Assembly (NCBI GenBank): GCA_045545475.1
Contig: JAZQAZ010000019.1
Location: 1 to 64,000, forward strand
DNA length: 64,000 bases
From: Clostridia bacterium
Lineage (GTDB): Bacteria > Bacillota > Clostridia > CAKSNL01 > HGM11501
Direction: 5' to 3'
Part shown: positions 31,384-40,624 of the stretch, piece by piece
Layout: every line of letters starts with the position of its first letter
Position numbering within the stretch: the first letter of the stretch is position 1
Program-made: the position numbers and the translations under genes
The notes under the pieces: model-generated
Databases searched by the model: none
Told to the model about the DNA's origin: nothing
What the model saw: the letters and a program-made list of their open reading frames with translations, nothing else

Positions 31384-33786
31384 GTGAAAAAATTATTATC
31401 TGTACTTTCAGCACTTACATTAATATTAGCATTGTTTGCAGTTCCTTCCTTTGCGGAGGAGTATCTTGACAGAAGCGACTGGACTTTTAAGGCATCCTCT
31501 GAAATCTCCTGGGGCTTTATCGACGAAGCGTTTGACGGAAAGGCTGACACCTTCTGGCATACATTTTATAAAGCAGAAGGCTCAACCGTAACGGAAAAGG
31601 ATAAGCCTCCCCATACGGTTGAAATAACCCTTCCTACGGCAGAAAACATTTCGGGTATTGCATATTTGCCCCGTCAGGATCATCAGTCGGGAAGACTTCT
31701 TTCCTTCGAGGTTTACATTTCAAGCACGGGAAATGATAAGGGAGAAAAGGCGGCAACCGTTACAATTTCCGACCAGACCTCGACAGACGAAGTTAAGACA
31801 ATGTTTGCTAAGACATATTCTGCAAAGAAAATCACCATTGTTATAACCAAAACCGCGGGCGATATAGGAGCCTGTGCGGAGTTTAACTTTATCGGCGGAA
31901 CAGACGGTGTTAAAACCGAAGAAAGCAAAGCAGAAAGCACAACAACTGCGACTCTTGATAAGTCCAACTGGACAGCAAAGGCAAGTACGGAAATCGGCTG
32001 GGGGCTTGTTGAAGAATCTTTTGACGGCAAGGAAGATACCTACTGGCATACAATGTATACAGCGGAAGGCTCAACCATAACAAGCAAGGCAGAGCTTCCT
32101 CATATCCTTGAATTTACATTCCCGAAGGCTGAAACCGTTACCGCCATGAAGTACCTGCCCCGTCAGGACGGACAGTCTGGACGTTGGCTTGAAGCAGAAG
32201 TTTACGCATCGGCGGACGGAAGCAGCAAGGGCGACCTTGTTACAAAAGCAACCTTTAAGCAGGAAGATGCCGCATGGCAGACGGTGGATTTTAGCAAGAG
32301 CGTAACAGCGAAGAAAATCACCATAGTTATAACAAAATCTGCAGGCGGTCACGGTACCTGTGCGGAAATCGATTTCCTTACAACTGCGGTTGAATCGGAA
32401 AAAGAAGAAGCATCTGACGGCCACATTAAAAACGGCAAGTTTGATACATCAAAATGGCAGATAACTGCAACCAGCGAAAAAGCGGGATGGGGTGCTATTA
32501 CAAAGGCTTTTGACGGAGATGTCTCCACATTCTGGCACACACACTATGACGAGGCTGACGGTAAGGTTTTAGGCCACGATATGCCTCCTTATGATGTAGA
32601 TATAATTCTTCCCGAACTTTCCGTAATTACCGGCTTTGCCGTAACTCCAAGACCGGGAAATGCGGCAGGTAAAATTAAGGCGTATAAGCTTTATATGTCC
32701 AAGGAAGACGAAGGCGAATTTACCCTTCTTATGGAAGGAACACTCCTTGGTGCAATTGCTACGGAAAAAATTGAATTCAACTGCGGTGTTGAAGCAAAGA
32801 GAATACGATTTGAGGTTTTGGAAGGTCAGGGAGGTTATGCCACAATGGCAGAGCTTGAATTCTTCCCAGGAGATTCTTCGACACAGATTGTAGCCTATGA
32901 AGATTTAGAAAAGACAATGAATGAAAACTCCCTTCACAAAATTGATTCATCCATCTTCAAGGCGGAAAACGAATTGCCCACATGGGCAAATTGCTCTGCG
33001 GGAATGGTGTTTGACGGAACTATGTCGGGACTCTGGCAGACAGACGATTTATCCGGCAGAACTGACCCTGTTATACTTTCAACAGACCTTGGTAAAGTTC
33101 ATGAGTTTTCAGCTATTTCTATCACTCCCAGACAGTCGGCAGACTATCACGGCTATTGGCTTGAATTTAATATCTGGGCAAGTGAAGACGGAGAACATTT
33201 CGAACCCTTGGTTGAAAATTACAGCTTTTCCAAGAGAACTCTTGACGAAAAGTTTATTCACTTTGATGAGCCAGTAAAGGCACGTTATGTAGAGTTTGAA
33301 ATTACCAAATATAATGCATACCGTGTAAGCTGCGGAGAAATTTCCTTCTGGCAGAATTATAATCAGAAAATGGCAAGTGAAGACGGCGGCTCCTTCGTTA
33401 TGCAGATAGGCTCTAAGGATATTAAGGTAGAAAAGGGCGGAGAGAGCTATACAAAAACTATCGACGTTGCACCTTATATCACATCTGCAGGCTCTACACT
33501 TATTCCTTTAAGAGGATTACTCGAGGAAATGGGTGCTGAAATTGAGTGGATTGGTGATACACAGACAATCAAGGTTACAAAGGATTCGCTTAAAATTGAA
33601 CTTCAGATTCAGAATAAGCTTGTTTATGTTGACGACCCTGTTTACGGACTAACAATGTATACACTTACTTCTGCTCCGAGAATCAAGGATTCAAGAACCT
33701 TTATTCCTGTCCGTTTCGTATCAGAACAGCTTGGCTATACAGTTTCCTGGGACGGCGAAACTCAGACTATTACGATTACAAAATGA
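31384..33786 (+). CDS. Secreted four-F5/8C plus stalk protein, module 4 binder
   Basis: GTG start behind AGGAGG; signal peptide; four discoidin repeats; stalk motif. Confidence 0.88.
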   Translation: MKKLLSVLSALTLILALFAVPSFAEEYLDRSDWTFKASSEISWGFIDEAFDGKADTFWHTFYKAEGSTVTEKDKPPHTVEITLPTAENISGIAYLPRQDHQSGRLLSFEVYISSTGNDKGEKAATVTISDQTSTDEVKTMFAKTYSAKKITIVITKTAGDIGACAEFNFIGGTDGVKTEESKAESTTTATLDKSNWTAKASTEIGWGLVEESFDGKEDTYWHTMYTAEGSTITSKAELPHILEFTFPKAETVTAMKYLPRQDGQSGRWLEAEVYASADGSSKGDLVTKATFKQEDAAWQTVDFSKSVTAKKITIVITKSAGGHGTCAEIDFLTTAVESEKEEASDGHIKNGKFDTSKWQITATSEKAGWGAITKAFDGDVSTFWHTHYDEADGKVLGHDMPPYDVDIILPELSVITGFAVTPRPGNAAGKIKAYKLYMSKEDEGEFTLLMEGTLLGAIATEKIEFNCGVEAKRIRFEVLEGQGGYATMAELEFFPGDSSTQIVAYEDLEKTMNENSLHKIDSSIFKAENELPTWANCSAGMVFDGTMSGLWQTDDLSGRTDPVILSTDLGKVHEFSAISITPRQSADYHGYWLEFNIWASEDGEHFEPLVENYSFSKRTLDEKFIHFDEPVKARYVEFEITKYNAYRVSCGEISFWQNYNQKMASEDGGSFVMQIGSKDIKVEKGGESYTKTIDVAPYITSAGSTLIPLRGLLEEMGAEIEWIGDTQTIKVTKDSLKIELQIQNKLVYVDDPVYGLTMYTLTSAPRIKDSRTFIPVRFVSEQLGYTVSWDGETQTITITK

Positions 33787-33790
33787 TGAT

Positions 33791-33821
33791 AAAAGCTCCG
33801 AACAGCGTTCGGAGCTTTTTT
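33791..33821 (+). terminator. Intrinsic terminator
   Basis: AAAAGCTCCGAAC-AGC-GTTCGGAGCTTTT followed by further T residues. Confidence 0.88.
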
Positions 33822-33870
33822 ACGGAAAAAATATGTTGGCAATTGCGAAATTATGTGATATAATACACAC

Positions 33871-33972
33871 AAAAGGGCATAGCCCAAAGCCGCCCGTGGC
33901 GTCTTTGCAGATTATATCTGCTTTGTGTTCCTTGACGGCTTCGTAAAAAAGTCCTTGCAAGCAAGCTTTTTT
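33871..33972 (+). ncRNA. Candidate structured small RNA (about 100 nt), family unknown
   Basis: Preceded by TTGGCA-17 bp-TATAAT (TG-extended; 33836-33864). GC-rich stems GGGC/GCCC, AAGCCG/CGGCTT and GCAGAT/ATCTGC. Ends in a CTTGC-AA-GCAAG hairpin with a T run. No RBS-led ORF. Confidence 0.45.
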
Positions 33973-34029
33973 ACTCATGGTATAATGTAAAAGTATTATT
34001 GTAATTACTTAGAAAAAGGAGGGTGAAAA

Positions 34030-36390
34030 ATGATCTTAGATAAAAAACAAATGACAGAAGAAGATATAAAATTGCAATATATAACTCCTGCTATACAAGC
34101 CAAATGGGGGCTTGAGCGCATCACAATGGAAACCAAGATAACCGATGGCAGAATTAATCTTAAAGGGAACATGGTTACACGTGAAAAACCTAAAAAGGCA
34201 GACTATGTTTTGTATATAAACAAAAATAAGCCAATTGCAATTGTTGAGGCAAAGGATAACAATCATTCAATATCATACGGTCTTCAACAGGCAATTACTT
34301 ATGCGAAAATGCAGGATATTCCGTTCGCATTCAGCTCTAACGGTGACGGATTTCAGGAACACGATCTTCTTACAGGTTTTGAACGCACTATTTCTATGGA
34401 AGAGTTTCCTACGATGGAAGAACTGCGGGAGCGTTGGGAGAGAGAGGCTAACAGCGGAAAAGGAATCTCTGCTGATGAGAAAAAGGTCATAGAACAGCCT
34501 TATTATACAAGTCAAAATACTTATGATCCGAGATATTATCAACGAAATGCAATTAACCGCACAGTAGAAGCAATTGCTAAAGGACAAGAACGCTTACTGC
34601 TTGTTATGGCTACAGGTACCGGAAAGACATATACGGCATTTCAAATTGTTTATCGCTTATTGCAAAGCGGATTAAAGAAAAAAGTTTTATATCTGGCAGA
34701 CCGTAATATTCTTGTGGATCAGTCCATTCAACAGGACTTTGCACCTCTTGAAAAAACGATTCATAAAATAAACTTTGCAAAAGATGATCCCACAACTATC
34801 ACTTCATATGAAGTATATTTTTCGCTTTATCAACAGCTTGCGGGAAATGAAGAAAGTGAAGATGAAGGAAATGACGAAGAAACAGTGGCAAGATTTGCAA
34901 AGCTTTTCAGTAAAGATTTCTTCGACCTTATCATCGTAGACGAGTGTCACAGAGGATCGGCGAAGAAGGATAGTAATTGGCGTAAAATTCTTGATTACTT
35001 TTCTTCTGCGACACAAATAGGTATGACAGCAACACCGAAAGAAACGAAATATATTTCAAATATAGATTATTTTGGTGAGCCTGTATACACTTATAGTTTA
35101 CGTGAAGGGATTGAAGACGGATTTCTCGCACCGTTCAAGGTTGTCAATATTAAAACCGATATTTCTGATGGATGGAGACCTTGTAAAGGACAGCTTGATA
35201 AGTTCGGAAACGTAATTGAAGATCGCATATATACTAACAGTGACTTTGACTATAACATAATTTTAGAAGACAGAACCTATGAAGTTGCGAAAGAAATAAC
35301 CGAATACTTAAAGAGCACCGACAGAATGCAAAAAACAATCGTTTTCTGTGCAACTGAAGACCATGCGGAACGTATGAGGATTGCACTTAATAATTTAAAT
35401 GCAGATATGGTAAAAGAGAATCCCGATTATGTTGTGAGAATTACAGGATCCGATACCTATGGAAAAAGCAAACTTGATTATTTCATTTCTGTTGCGGCTC
35501 CTTATCCTGTTATAGCAACTACATCGAAGCTTTTATCTACCGGTGCAGACTGCAAAATGACAAAACTTATTGTGCTTGATGAAATGATAAGTTCCATGAC
35601 GGAATTTAAGCAGATTATTGGCCGTGGCACACGTTTGCGTGAAAAGGAAGGAAAAAATCATTTTGTTGTAATGGATTTCAGAAATGTAACAAGATTGTTT
35701 TCTGATCCCGACTGGGATGGGCCGATTGAAATTGTTGATGGCTTTGATCCCGATCATAAACCAACGCCAAAGCCTCCTGTTTCACCGGGGCCTGAACCTC
35801 CTTTGCCTCCGACTGTGGAAAAATACATTGTGGATGAAAATGGCTGTGATGTTCACGTCATCGGAAAACGAGTTGAAGTTTATGATGTTGACGGAAAACT
35901 TCTCCGTCAGGAAAGCATAGTCGATTATACAAAATCAAATATTCTTGGCAAATATGCATCACTCGATAACTTTATTTTGAAATGGAAGACTGAAGAAAAG
36001 AAGGAAGCTATTCGTGAACTCTTAAGAGAGCAGGGAATAGACCTTGACAGGATGAAAGAAGAAAAAGAAATGACCGATGTGGATGACTTTGACTTTATTT
36101 GTCATGTTGCATTTGACCAAAAACCACTGACTCGTAGGGAAAGAGCGGACAATGTTAAAAAACGTGATTTTTTAAGTAAGTATAGTGGTGTGGCAAGGGA
36201 TGTTTTAGAGGCTCTTCTTGACAGATACATGAATAGCGGAATTTATGAGATTGAAAAAACAGAGATCCTGCAGCTTGATCCCTTTAATAAGTTTGGTAAA
36301 CCTTCAAGAATTGCTACTTATTTTGGAGGAAAAGATGGGTATCTGGCTGCAATTAAAGAACTGGAAGAAGAATTATATAAGGCGGTTTGA
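34030..36390 (+). CDS. hsdR: Type I restriction endonuclease subunit R (EcoAI/EcoEI-like)
   Basis: ADY...EAK nuclease motif, MATGTGKT, DECHRG, TATP, QIIGRGTR helicase motifs and an EcoEI-type C-terminus (LTRRERA). Confidence 0.95.
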   Translation: MILDKKQMTEEDIKLQYITPAIQAKWGLERITMETKITDGRINLKGNMVTREKPKKADYVLYINKNKPIAIVEAKDNNHSISYGLQQAITYAKMQDIPFAFSSNGDGFQEHDLLTGFERTISMEEFPTMEELRERWEREANSGKGISADEKKVIEQPYYTSQNTYDPRYYQRNAINRTVEAIAKGQERLLLVMATGTGKTYTAFQIVYRLLQSGLKKKVLYLADRNILVDQSIQQDFAPLEKTIHKINFAKDDPTTITSYEVYFSLYQQLAGNEESEDEGNDEETVARFAKLFSKDFFDLIIVDECHRGSAKKDSNWRKILDYFSSATQIGMTATPKETKYISNIDYFGEPVYTYSLREGIEDGFLAPFKVVNIKTDISDGWRPCKGQLDKFGNVIEDRIYTNSDFDYNIILEDRTYEVAKEITEYLKSTDRMQKTIVFCATEDHAERMRIALNNLNADMVKENPDYVVRITGSDTYGKSKLDYFISVAAPYPVIATTSKLLSTGADCKMTKLIVLDEMISSMTEFKQIIGRGTRLREKEGKNHFVVMDFRNVTRLFSDPDWDGPIEIVDGFDPDHKPTPKPPVSPGPEPPLPPTVEKYIVDENGCDVHVIGKRVEVYDVDGKLLRQESIVDYTKSNILGKYASLDNFILKWKTEEKKEAIRELLREQGIDLDRMKEEKEMTDVDDFDFICHVAFDQKPLTRRERADNVKKRDFLSKYSGVARDVLEALLDRYMNSGIYEIEKTEILQLDPFNKFGKPSRIATYFGGKDGYLAAIKELEEELYKAV

Positions 36391-36394
36391 TTAA

Positions 36395-37873
36395 ATGAGT
36401 AATTTATCAGGATTTGTAAAAAGATTTCGTGACATTATGAGAAACGATGCCGGCATCAACGGCGATGCACAGCGAATCGAGCAAATTGCGTGGATGCTTT
36501 TCTTAAAAGTATATGATGCCAAGGAGCAGGACTGGGAATTTGATGATGAAGCCTTTGTTTCCATTATTCCTGAAACCTGCCGTTGGCAGAACTGGGCACA
36601 CGATGATAAATCAGGCACTGCTATGACCGGGGAAACGCTTTTGAATTTTGTAAATAATACGCTGTTTCCAACATTGAAAAAACTGCCGGTGGATGCTTCT
36701 ACGCCTATTAAAAAGGCTATTGTCCAAACCACCTTTGCCGACGCCAATAACTATATGAAAGACGGTGTCCTGCTTCGTCAGGTTATTAATGTTATTGATG
36801 AACTTGACCTTTCCGATTACGAGGAAAGCCATGCTTTCGGAGATATTTATGAATCAATCTTGAAAGAACTGCAGAGTGCGGGTTCAGCGGGAGAATTTTA
36901 TACCCCTCGTGCAGTAACTGACTTTATGGCACAGATGATCGGTCCGAAAATTGGTGAAACTATGGCAGACTTTGCTTGTGGTACCGGTGGATTTATTGTT
37001 AGTTGGTTAAAAGAACTCCAAAAACAAATTCGCAGCACTGCGGATGCCGAAAAATACGGTGAATCCATTTACGGTATCGAGAAAAAACAGTTTCCGTATA
37101 TGCTTTGCATCACAAATTTATTGCTACACGGTCTCGATGTTCCGCAGGTGTTCCATGATAACACTCTTTTGAAAGATGTGCTTGACTATACCGTGGAAGA
37201 TCAGTTTGACGTTATACTTATGAATCCGCCATATGGCGGTAGCGAAAAGGCAGACGTAAAGAATCATTTTCCGTCTGACCTTGCAAGCAGCGAGACGGCA
37301 GACCTATTTATGTCGGTTATTATGTATCGTTTAAAGCAGAACGGTCGTGTGGCTGTAATTTTGCCTGACGGTTTCTTGTTCGGTACCGATAATGCAAAAG
37401 TAAATATTAAGAAGAAATTATTGTCAGAGTTCAACCTTCATACCGTTATCCGTATGCCGGGTAGTGTTTTTGCTCCTTATACGTCTATTACAACAAATAT
37501 TCTGTTCTTTGACCGCACAGGAGCAACGGAAGAAACTTGGTTTTACCGACTTGATATGCCGGAGGGATATAAGCATTTTTCAAAAACAAAACCCATGAAG
37601 CTGGAACATTTTGAACCCGTGATGGAATGGTGGAATAATCGCCGTGAGATTACGTTAGATGGTTTTGATAAGGCAAGATGTTTTACTGCAGAGCAGCTTA
37701 CCGAAGAATTCGGCTATAACCTTGACCAATGCGGATATCCCCATGTGGAAGAAGAAATTTTAGATCCTATGGACTTGATTCAAAGATACCAGGAAGAACG
37801 TGCGTCTCTTAATGCAGAGATTGACCGTGTATTAGCTGATATTACTGCAATTCTTGGAGGTGGTCAGGAATGA
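36395..37873 (+). CDS. hsdM: Type I DNA methyltransferase subunit M (m6A)
   Basis: GEFYTPR, DFACGTGGF and NPPY motifs. Confidence 0.95.
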   Translation: MSNLSGFVKRFRDIMRNDAGINGDAQRIEQIAWMLFLKVYDAKEQDWEFDDEAFVSIIPETCRWQNWAHDDKSGTAMTGETLLNFVNNTLFPTLKKLPVDASTPIKKAIVQTTFADANNYMKDGVLLRQVINVIDELDLSDYEESHAFGDIYESILKELQSAGSAGEFYTPRAVTDFMAQMIGPKIGETMADFACGTGGFIVSWLKELQKQIRSTADAEKYGESIYGIEKKQFPYMLCITNLLLHGLDVPQVFHDNTLLKDVLDYTVEDQFDVILMNPPYGGSEKADVKNHFPSDLASSETADLFMSVIMYRLKQNGRVAVILPDGFLFGTDNAKVNIKKKLLSEFNLHTVIRMPGSVFAPYTSITTNILFFDRTGATEETWFYRLDMPEGYKHFSKTKPMKLEHFEPVMEWWNNRREITLDGFDKARCFTAEQLTEEFGYNLDQCGYPHVEEEILDPMDLIQRYQEERASLNAEIDRVLADITAILGGGQE

Positions 37874-39369
37874 CACCGCAGGAATTATTAGGAAGTGCAT
37901 TAAGTCTAGCTGTGCAAGGAAAACTTGTTGAACAATTGGAGGTTGAAGGAACTTCCGATGATTTATATAAATATCTTATTGAAACAAAAAGCGGTCTTAT
38001 AAAAAAAGGAATCGCCAAAAAATCCAAAACACTTTCTCAAATAACAGAAGATGAAAAACTGTTTGATATTCCTGACAGTTGGCGCTGGATAAAGATAGGA
38101 GAAATATCGTCGTTAATTACTAAAGGGACAACGCCACGCGGAGGAAATGTTAGCTATTTGGATGCTGGCGTTGGATTCTTGCGAGCAGAAAATGTTGCGG
38201 GGTTAGATAGACTTGATAAATCTAATCTAAAGTATATAGATGAAAACACCCATTTTGGTTTTCTTAAAAGGTCGGTACTCGAAGCTAATGATATTCTAAT
38301 TACTATTGCTGGAACATTGGGGCGAACCGCGATTGTTAGAGAAGTTGATTTACCGCTCAATGCAAATCAAGCGGTTTCGATGATTCGTCTTGCGGATCCA
38401 GATGCGTTGAATTTAACATATCTTGTTTATGCTTTGAATTCTCCTGAAATACAGGATTACTTAACAAAGCAAAAAAAAGTTACAGCGATTCCCAATTTAA
38501 CATTAGAGATAATAGAAAACTGTTTGTTGCCTCTTCCACCTCTTGCTGAACAGAAGCGCATTGTAGCAAAGATTGAGGAACTGTTACCTCTTATCGACCG
38601 CTATGAGCAAGCATGGAGCAAACTTGAAGACTTCAATAAGCGTTTCCCCGTGGATATGCAGAAATCCATTCTCCAGATGGCAATTCAGGGCAAACTTGTT
38701 GAACAACGTCCCGAAGAAGGTACCGGAGAAGATTTGTTCCGTATAGTTCAAAAGAAAAAAGAGCAGCTGGTAAAAAACGGAGCAATAAAAAAGGATAAGC
38801 CGTTGCCAGAAATAACTGATGAAGAAATACCTTTTGAAATACCGACATCATGGAAATGGGTAAGAATACAGGATTTGTTTAATGTTCGATCGGCAATGAG
38901 AATTCACCAAACAGACTGGAAAACAAGTGGTATCCCGTTTTTTAGAGGCCGAGAATTGGTGCAACTTGTAAAAACAGGAACGGTTAATTTTGAAATATAC
39001 ATTTCCAGAGAATTGTATGAAGCGAACAAAGCTAAAGGTGGAGTTCCACAAAAGGATGACCTTCTTATTTCGGCAGTTGGTACTTTGGGTAAGGTGTATG
39101 TTGTTCAAGGCACTCATGAGTTTTATTACAAAGATGCCTATATTCTATGCTTGGAGAATATAGGAAATGTTTATCCAAAATACATTAAGTATGTTTTGGA
39201 GAGTCCATATAATCAAACGGAAATACACCGAGATTCAATGGCGACTACCGTTGCACAATTAACGATTATTAAAACAAAAAAACTATTAGTTCCACTCCCG
39301 CCTCTTGCCGAGCAGAAGCGTATCGTAGCCAAACTGGAAGAAATCCTGCCGTTGTGCGAGCAGATATAA
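37870..39369 (+). CDS. hsdS: Type I specificity subunit S
   Basis: Two TRDs with repeated QGKLVEQ, IPxSWxW and PLPPLAEQKRIVAK conserved blocks; ATGA overlap with hsdM. Confidence 0.93.
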   Translation: MTPQELLGSALSLAVQGKLVEQLEVEGTSDDLYKYLIETKSGLIKKGIAKKSKTLSQITEDEKLFDIPDSWRWIKIGEISSLITKGTTPRGGNVSYLDAGVGFLRAENVAGLDRLDKSNLKYIDENTHFGFLKRSVLEANDILITIAGTLGRTAIVREVDLPLNANQAVSMIRLADPDALNLTYLVYALNSPEIQDYLTKQKKVTAIPNLTLEIIENCLLPLPPLAEQKRIVAKIEELLPLIDRYEQAWSKLEDFNKRFPVDMQKSILQMAIQGKLVEQRPEEGTGEDLFRIVQKKKEQLVKNGAIKKDKPLPEITDEEIPFEIPTSWKWVRIQDLFNVRSAMRIHQTDWKTSGIPFFRGRELVQLVKTGTVNFEIYISRELYEANKAKGGVPQKDDLLISAVGTLGKVYVVQGTHEFYYKDAYILCLENIGNVYPKYIKYVLESPYNQTEIHRDSMATTVAQLTIIKTKKLLVPLPPLAEQKRIVAKLEEILPLCEQI

Positions 39370-39388
39370 TTAAAAAGGAGGAAACGAA

Positions 39389-40468
39389 ATGGGAAAATAT
39401 AATAGCTTCAGACCGGGCGAGGTGTGGCTTGATACAAACGGAAACAGAATTCAGGCACACGGCGGTTCTGTAATGTTCATTGACGGAACATATTATTTTT
39501 ACGGCGAAAACAAGGAAAAGACCGACGGCAAAAACGGAATATGGCATTGGGGCGTAAGATGCTACAGTTCCAAGGATTTATACAACTGGGAAGACCTTGG
39601 AATTATAATTCCGCCCGATTTGGAGGACGAAAATTCACCTCTTCATCCCACAGCCTGCATGGACAGACCGCACATCATCTACAACAAGGATACGAAAAAA
39701 TATGTGTGCTGGCTTAAGATTATGCAAAAGGACGGTATACAGTCGGAAACCGTTCTTACAGCGGATAAAATCACGGGGCCCTATGAAATGGTTAAAAAGG
39801 GACTTCGTCCTCTCGGTATGAGCGCAGGAGACTTTGACCTGGTTGTAGCTCCCGACGGTAAAGGCTATTACTATTTTGAGAGAGTGCATAGTGAAACAAT
39901 CTGTGCAGACCTGACAAGCGACTACACCGATGTTACGGGCTATTATTCAACGCATTTTCCGCATCCTCATCCGCCTTATGTAAGAGAGGCGACAGCTCAT
40001 TTTACCCGTAATTACAAGCATTATCTTGTAACCTCGGGAACAACAGGTTATTACCCCAATCCTTCCGAGGTTGCTATAGCCGATACCTATCACGGTCCTT
40101 TTACGGTACTTGGAAATCCCCATCCGGATGATGAAACAAACACAAGCTTCCATTCGCAGATTTCATCCGTATTCAAGGTAGAGGGTAAGAAGGATTTGTA
40201 CATAGCCTGTGCTGACAGATGGCTTCCCGGATATATGGATATTCCGTATGAACAATACGAAGAAATGTTTAATCTCCTGTTTTCGGATGAAAGAAATTCG
40301 GAGCGCTGTCGTGAGCTTCTTGCCAAGCACAGAGAAGTTGTTGAAAAAACAATGGAGGCAAATTATGTATGGCTTCCTTTAAGATTTGTTGAGCCCTCTG
40401 AAGAGCATCCCCACGGTATGGTTTATATCGACTGGTATGACGAATGGAAATGGGAAGACTGGGAATAA
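39389..40468 (+). CDS. GH43-family glycoside hydrolase (resembles the exo-beta-1,3-galactanase-like subgroup)
   Basis: PGEVWLDTNGNRIQAHGG, YYFYGE, SGTTGYYPN and ADRW motifs; no signal peptide. Confidence 0.82.
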   Translation: MGKYNSFRPGEVWLDTNGNRIQAHGGSVMFIDGTYYFYGENKEKTDGKNGIWHWGVRCYSSKDLYNWEDLGIIIPPDLEDENSPLHPTACMDRPHIIYNKDTKKYVCWLKIMQKDGIQSETVLTADKITGPYEMVKKGLRPLGMSAGDFDLVVAPDGKGYYYFERVHSETICADLTSDYTDVTGYYSTHFPHPHPPYVREATAHFTRNYKHYLVTSGTTGYYPNPSEVAIADTYHGPFTVLGNPHPDDETNTSFHSQISSVFKVEGKKDLYIACADRWLPGYMDIPYEQYEEMFNLLFSDERNSERCRELLAKHREVVEKTMEANYVWLPLRFVEPSEEHPHGMVYIDWYDEWKWEDWE

Positions 40469-40475
40469 GATAATA

Positions 40476-40505
40476 AAACGCTGGATTTTAAAAATCCGGC
40501 GTTTA
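40476..40505 (+). terminator. Probable terminator hairpin
   Basis: AAACGCTGGATTTT-A-AAAATCCGGCGTTT inverted repeat after the GH43 stop. Confidence 0.6.
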
Positions 40506-40624
40506 TGCATTAAAGCATTTTTCATTCATGCACAAAATCATCCGATTTTTCCGGTTTTTCAAAAAATACTTGAAAAACGGTGAGAATGTGATAAGATTAA
40601 ACTATCACAAAGTGAGGTGTTTGC

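Noticed and set aside
37870-39369. hsdS repeats as a phase-variable shufflon
   Set aside because: The repeats are the ordinary direct conserved blocks of one S subunit; there are no silent inverted TRD copies and no recombinase.
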